64,000 nucleotides of DNA. Source: Anthoceros angustus (Eukaryota; Plantae; Anthocerotophyta). The position numbers were made by a program, and so were the translations under genes. Below are positions 61,359 to 64,000 of the stretch, piece after piece; position 1 is the stretch's first letter, and each line of letters begins with the position of its first letter. The stretch is from assembly GCA_010909165.1 (NCBI GenBank), contig VJWM01000202.1, positions 186,001 through 250,000 of the forward strand. The letters are read 5' to 3'. Below the pieces are notes generated by a model. The model did not search any database and had not been told where the DNA came from. It saw only the letters and a list, made by a program, of their open reading frames with translations.

Positions 61359-61892
61359 TCCCAAAGTGGAAGAGGGACTAAGAGTGGTCGGGCTCCAAGC
61401 TTGGAGCACACAGACGCAAATAGTGAAGAGCTGGGTTTTTTGTGGGAGGACTGGGAGATAGTATGGAGGCTGCGACTAGAAGATGTCATAAAGGCGAGAG
61501 GAAGAAAGAAGCAGGCTTGGTAGGTGACAGTTACTGTAGCACGAAGAGCTGGGGGATTCATCCACGTGCTCGAGGTTTCGCTGAGGATGGAGAAGCTACC
61601 TGTGTTTGCCGGAAGGGACACCGTCAATGTTACAATTCTCCAGATGCACCCATCTTTCTGGCAGCCACGTCTGCTAGAAACTTCAGAGTCTTGGTACATA
61701 TATGGAAGTTTTGGACGATTTAAGTGGGCCGGTTTCAACAGGGCATGTGGGTTACAAAAGTGGAGCAGATGGGGGGCCCTTGGGCATTGGAAGAGCCCAG
61801 CACGGATATTGAATCAACGTGGTACTCTCGTATCTGGGTTGGTGTGTGGCATACATGGGAGAGTCGAACTCAGCGTGCACAGGAGCTTGCAT

Positions 61893-62500
61893 AGAAGAAG
61901 AAGAAGAAGAAGAATTTTATTTAAGTCTACTAAGGATGGATTTCCGTTATGGGACTGATTTGTCATACATACAAAGAAGGCATAATGAAAAATTAACCGC
62001 TATTCTGAATCTGGCCTGAGAACTAGTGACGTGAATCATTATGTAATGTCAAGCATGTTGAACTCTTGAAAATGTTGAGTCCGCTTCTCCCACGTTTGCT
62101 TTAGGCATACACCTACAGAAATAGGATCATGAAAAGAGAAAAAGCGGAGAAGTGAAGATCGTGCTGTTGTAAATAGAGGGATAAAATTCCCCCGAATATC
62201 TTCATAGATGTGACAGAGGAACACAAAGTGTTCTTCAGTCTCCACCCCTTGTTGCATAACCTGTTGATTCTGGACTTCTTTGGTGGCTTAGGACGTAGCC
62301 ATCTATCCGTCTCAATCCTAAGACGGTGAGACCCGACACGAAGATGGCCTATAATCATCCTTAATTTGAAAGACATAGGGGTGCGAAGGTAAAGAGGGAG
62401 CACTGGTTTCCCAGAATTGGATGAAGTACGAAAATACTGTTTATAAGTGTCCAGCCTAGGGGATAAGGGAGAGAGAGGAGACCAAGTATAGGACAAGTAT
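61893..62500 (-). mobile_element. 3' end of an APE-type LINE (RTE/L2-like) with (TTC)n tail
   Basis: LRVGSHRLRIETDRW...C...ETEEHFVFLCHIYEDIR is a C-terminal LINE motif, here frameshifted. On the minus strand it is followed by aataaaa and about seven TTC units. Confidence 0.7.
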
Positions 62501-64000
62501 GTAGTCTGCAAATCAAGGCGGATGGACTTATTTGGAGGAGGTGGCAAGAACTGGAAACGGGGATGGGCCGGAAGACTCTCGGGACAGAATCTAAATTTCT
62601 GCTTGGGAGTGGAGTGTAGCTTGGGCTCATTGGGCTGCTGACCCTCCCGAATTGCGGCCATGTGTGGCATATATCACCTCATCCCAAGATCATGTCATGC
62701 TTCTTATTTGCGGGAGGGAATAAATTTCTTCAAGGTGGAGGTGCGGAAATTGGGGCAGTAGAATCTGGATCATGTATATGGGAGCCTGTGCGAGCCAGTT
62801 TGCCTTGGTGGCCAGATCAGCACTGCCATCCGTAATCAGCCTGGGCACTCGGTGACGGAGTTCTTCCGTTGTTGGACACTGGGCAGGAGCCCGGATTGGA
62901 ACAGGAATTGAGGAGCTTTGGGTGGGAACAAAGGCTGGGCTGGCGGACCTTGCAGAGGCAGAGACTGTGCCCGTGGGTTTGTGTTCTATAATTCCACGGG
63001 CTTTGGAGAATGTGCTGCCCGCGGGCCCGGGGGTATCCGCTTCATGTTCGAGGGGAACCGGGCAATGGTGGCCTATCCAACTTTCCACCTGAGTGCAAAG
63101 ATGGAGTGGGAGCTACGAGAGGCTTTCCCATTTGTGTTGGCGACGTGCTACCTCTTCTCAACTCCATCCTAGAGGTGCATTGCACCTTGTTTGGGAGTTT
63201 TCTATACTTGTTCCAGGTGAAACACTTGACTAGGCGTCTGACTGTGCAAGTGCAGCAAGCAAGAGGAGTGGAGGAGAGCCGGAGGTTGGAAGAAGGGGTC
63301 CTCGTGGGCTGTAGGTATCCAAGTGTCCTCCGCCTCAAAGATCCATAGTGAGTGGCATGAGAGAGAATTTGGTCATGGGGAGACCGAGTTCATTATATAC
63401 ACTGAGAGAAACTGCTGGGCCCTTCATAAAATGGACTCACTATGACAGCAAGCTTCTATCTACACTTTCCTTACCGGGTTCATAAAACTGGGCCATGTGC
63501 AAAGTGGCGGTCATACAGTCCATGCAGTGCATGCGGAGCCTTTCCTTGAGTGGTTGTTTACACGCGTACCAGTGGACGCATGGCAAGAAAGCCCCCCCGT
63601 CCTCCGAGGCAATCAGAGGACACTCGTCCTCGGATTTCTCGTAGTGACTAGCAATGATCCTCCTGCATCTCCAGCTGTGTTTTGCACCTAAGCCATTGCC
63701 TGGAACATTGCGAAAGAGCCCAAAGAAGCATCCCGACCAAAACTCCAAGGAGGTTCCTTTCACGCTGGTAACTACAATTCTACTCCGACGGAGGCATCCA
63801 TAGGCTTGTTGGAAAGCCCACATAGAGCTTGGCAGTACCCTATCTTCTCAGAATTAATATCTGATCACAGCGTTTACAAAAAATTAAAAACCACTATGGT
63901 TGAATTTCTCAGAAAATAGAGGTGGTTGTTTAGGGGTTAAAACATTCAACACAACTACATCTCCTTAAGTGAGATAATTGATTTTTCTATTAAAAATAAT

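Overview
Eukaryotic nuclear DNA from a compact land-plant genome. It is inferred to be a seed-free plant with flagellated sperm, most likely a hornwort, from the roughly 55-120 nt GT-AG introns, a CFAP299 gene and PLS-PPR genes with WW-type DYW remnants. GC-rich gene blocks (1-4 kb, 16.9-24.5 kb, 34.9-60.2 kb) alternate with repeat and transposon islands that are largely AT-rich (about 5-16 kb, 26.6-34 kb, 60.3-64 kb). Genes: complex I 51 kDa subunit (NDUFV1), tRNA-Thr(AGT), CFAP299, a secreted two-domain alpha/beta-hydrolase, a glycogen-phosphorylase-type glucan phosphorylase, ATAD3, a CHZ-domain acidic protein with one frameshift, a P-class PPR, aminopeptidase P, an orphan ORF, a two-helix PsbS-like protein, a PLS-PPR plus its decayed tandem copy, a probable plastid membrane protein, and a 16-exon mRNA capping enzyme homolog. 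The most striking observation is that the capping enzyme homolog keeps an intact spliced frame but has lost the triphosphatase cysteine and guanylyltransferase motifs I, V and VI, making it a candidate pseudo-capping enzyme. Several fragments of a CRE-like (RLE-type) non-LTR retrotransposon family share a 3' hairpin, and one copy sits in a minisatellite with an apparent target-site duplication. All exon models were read by eye and no database searches were run.
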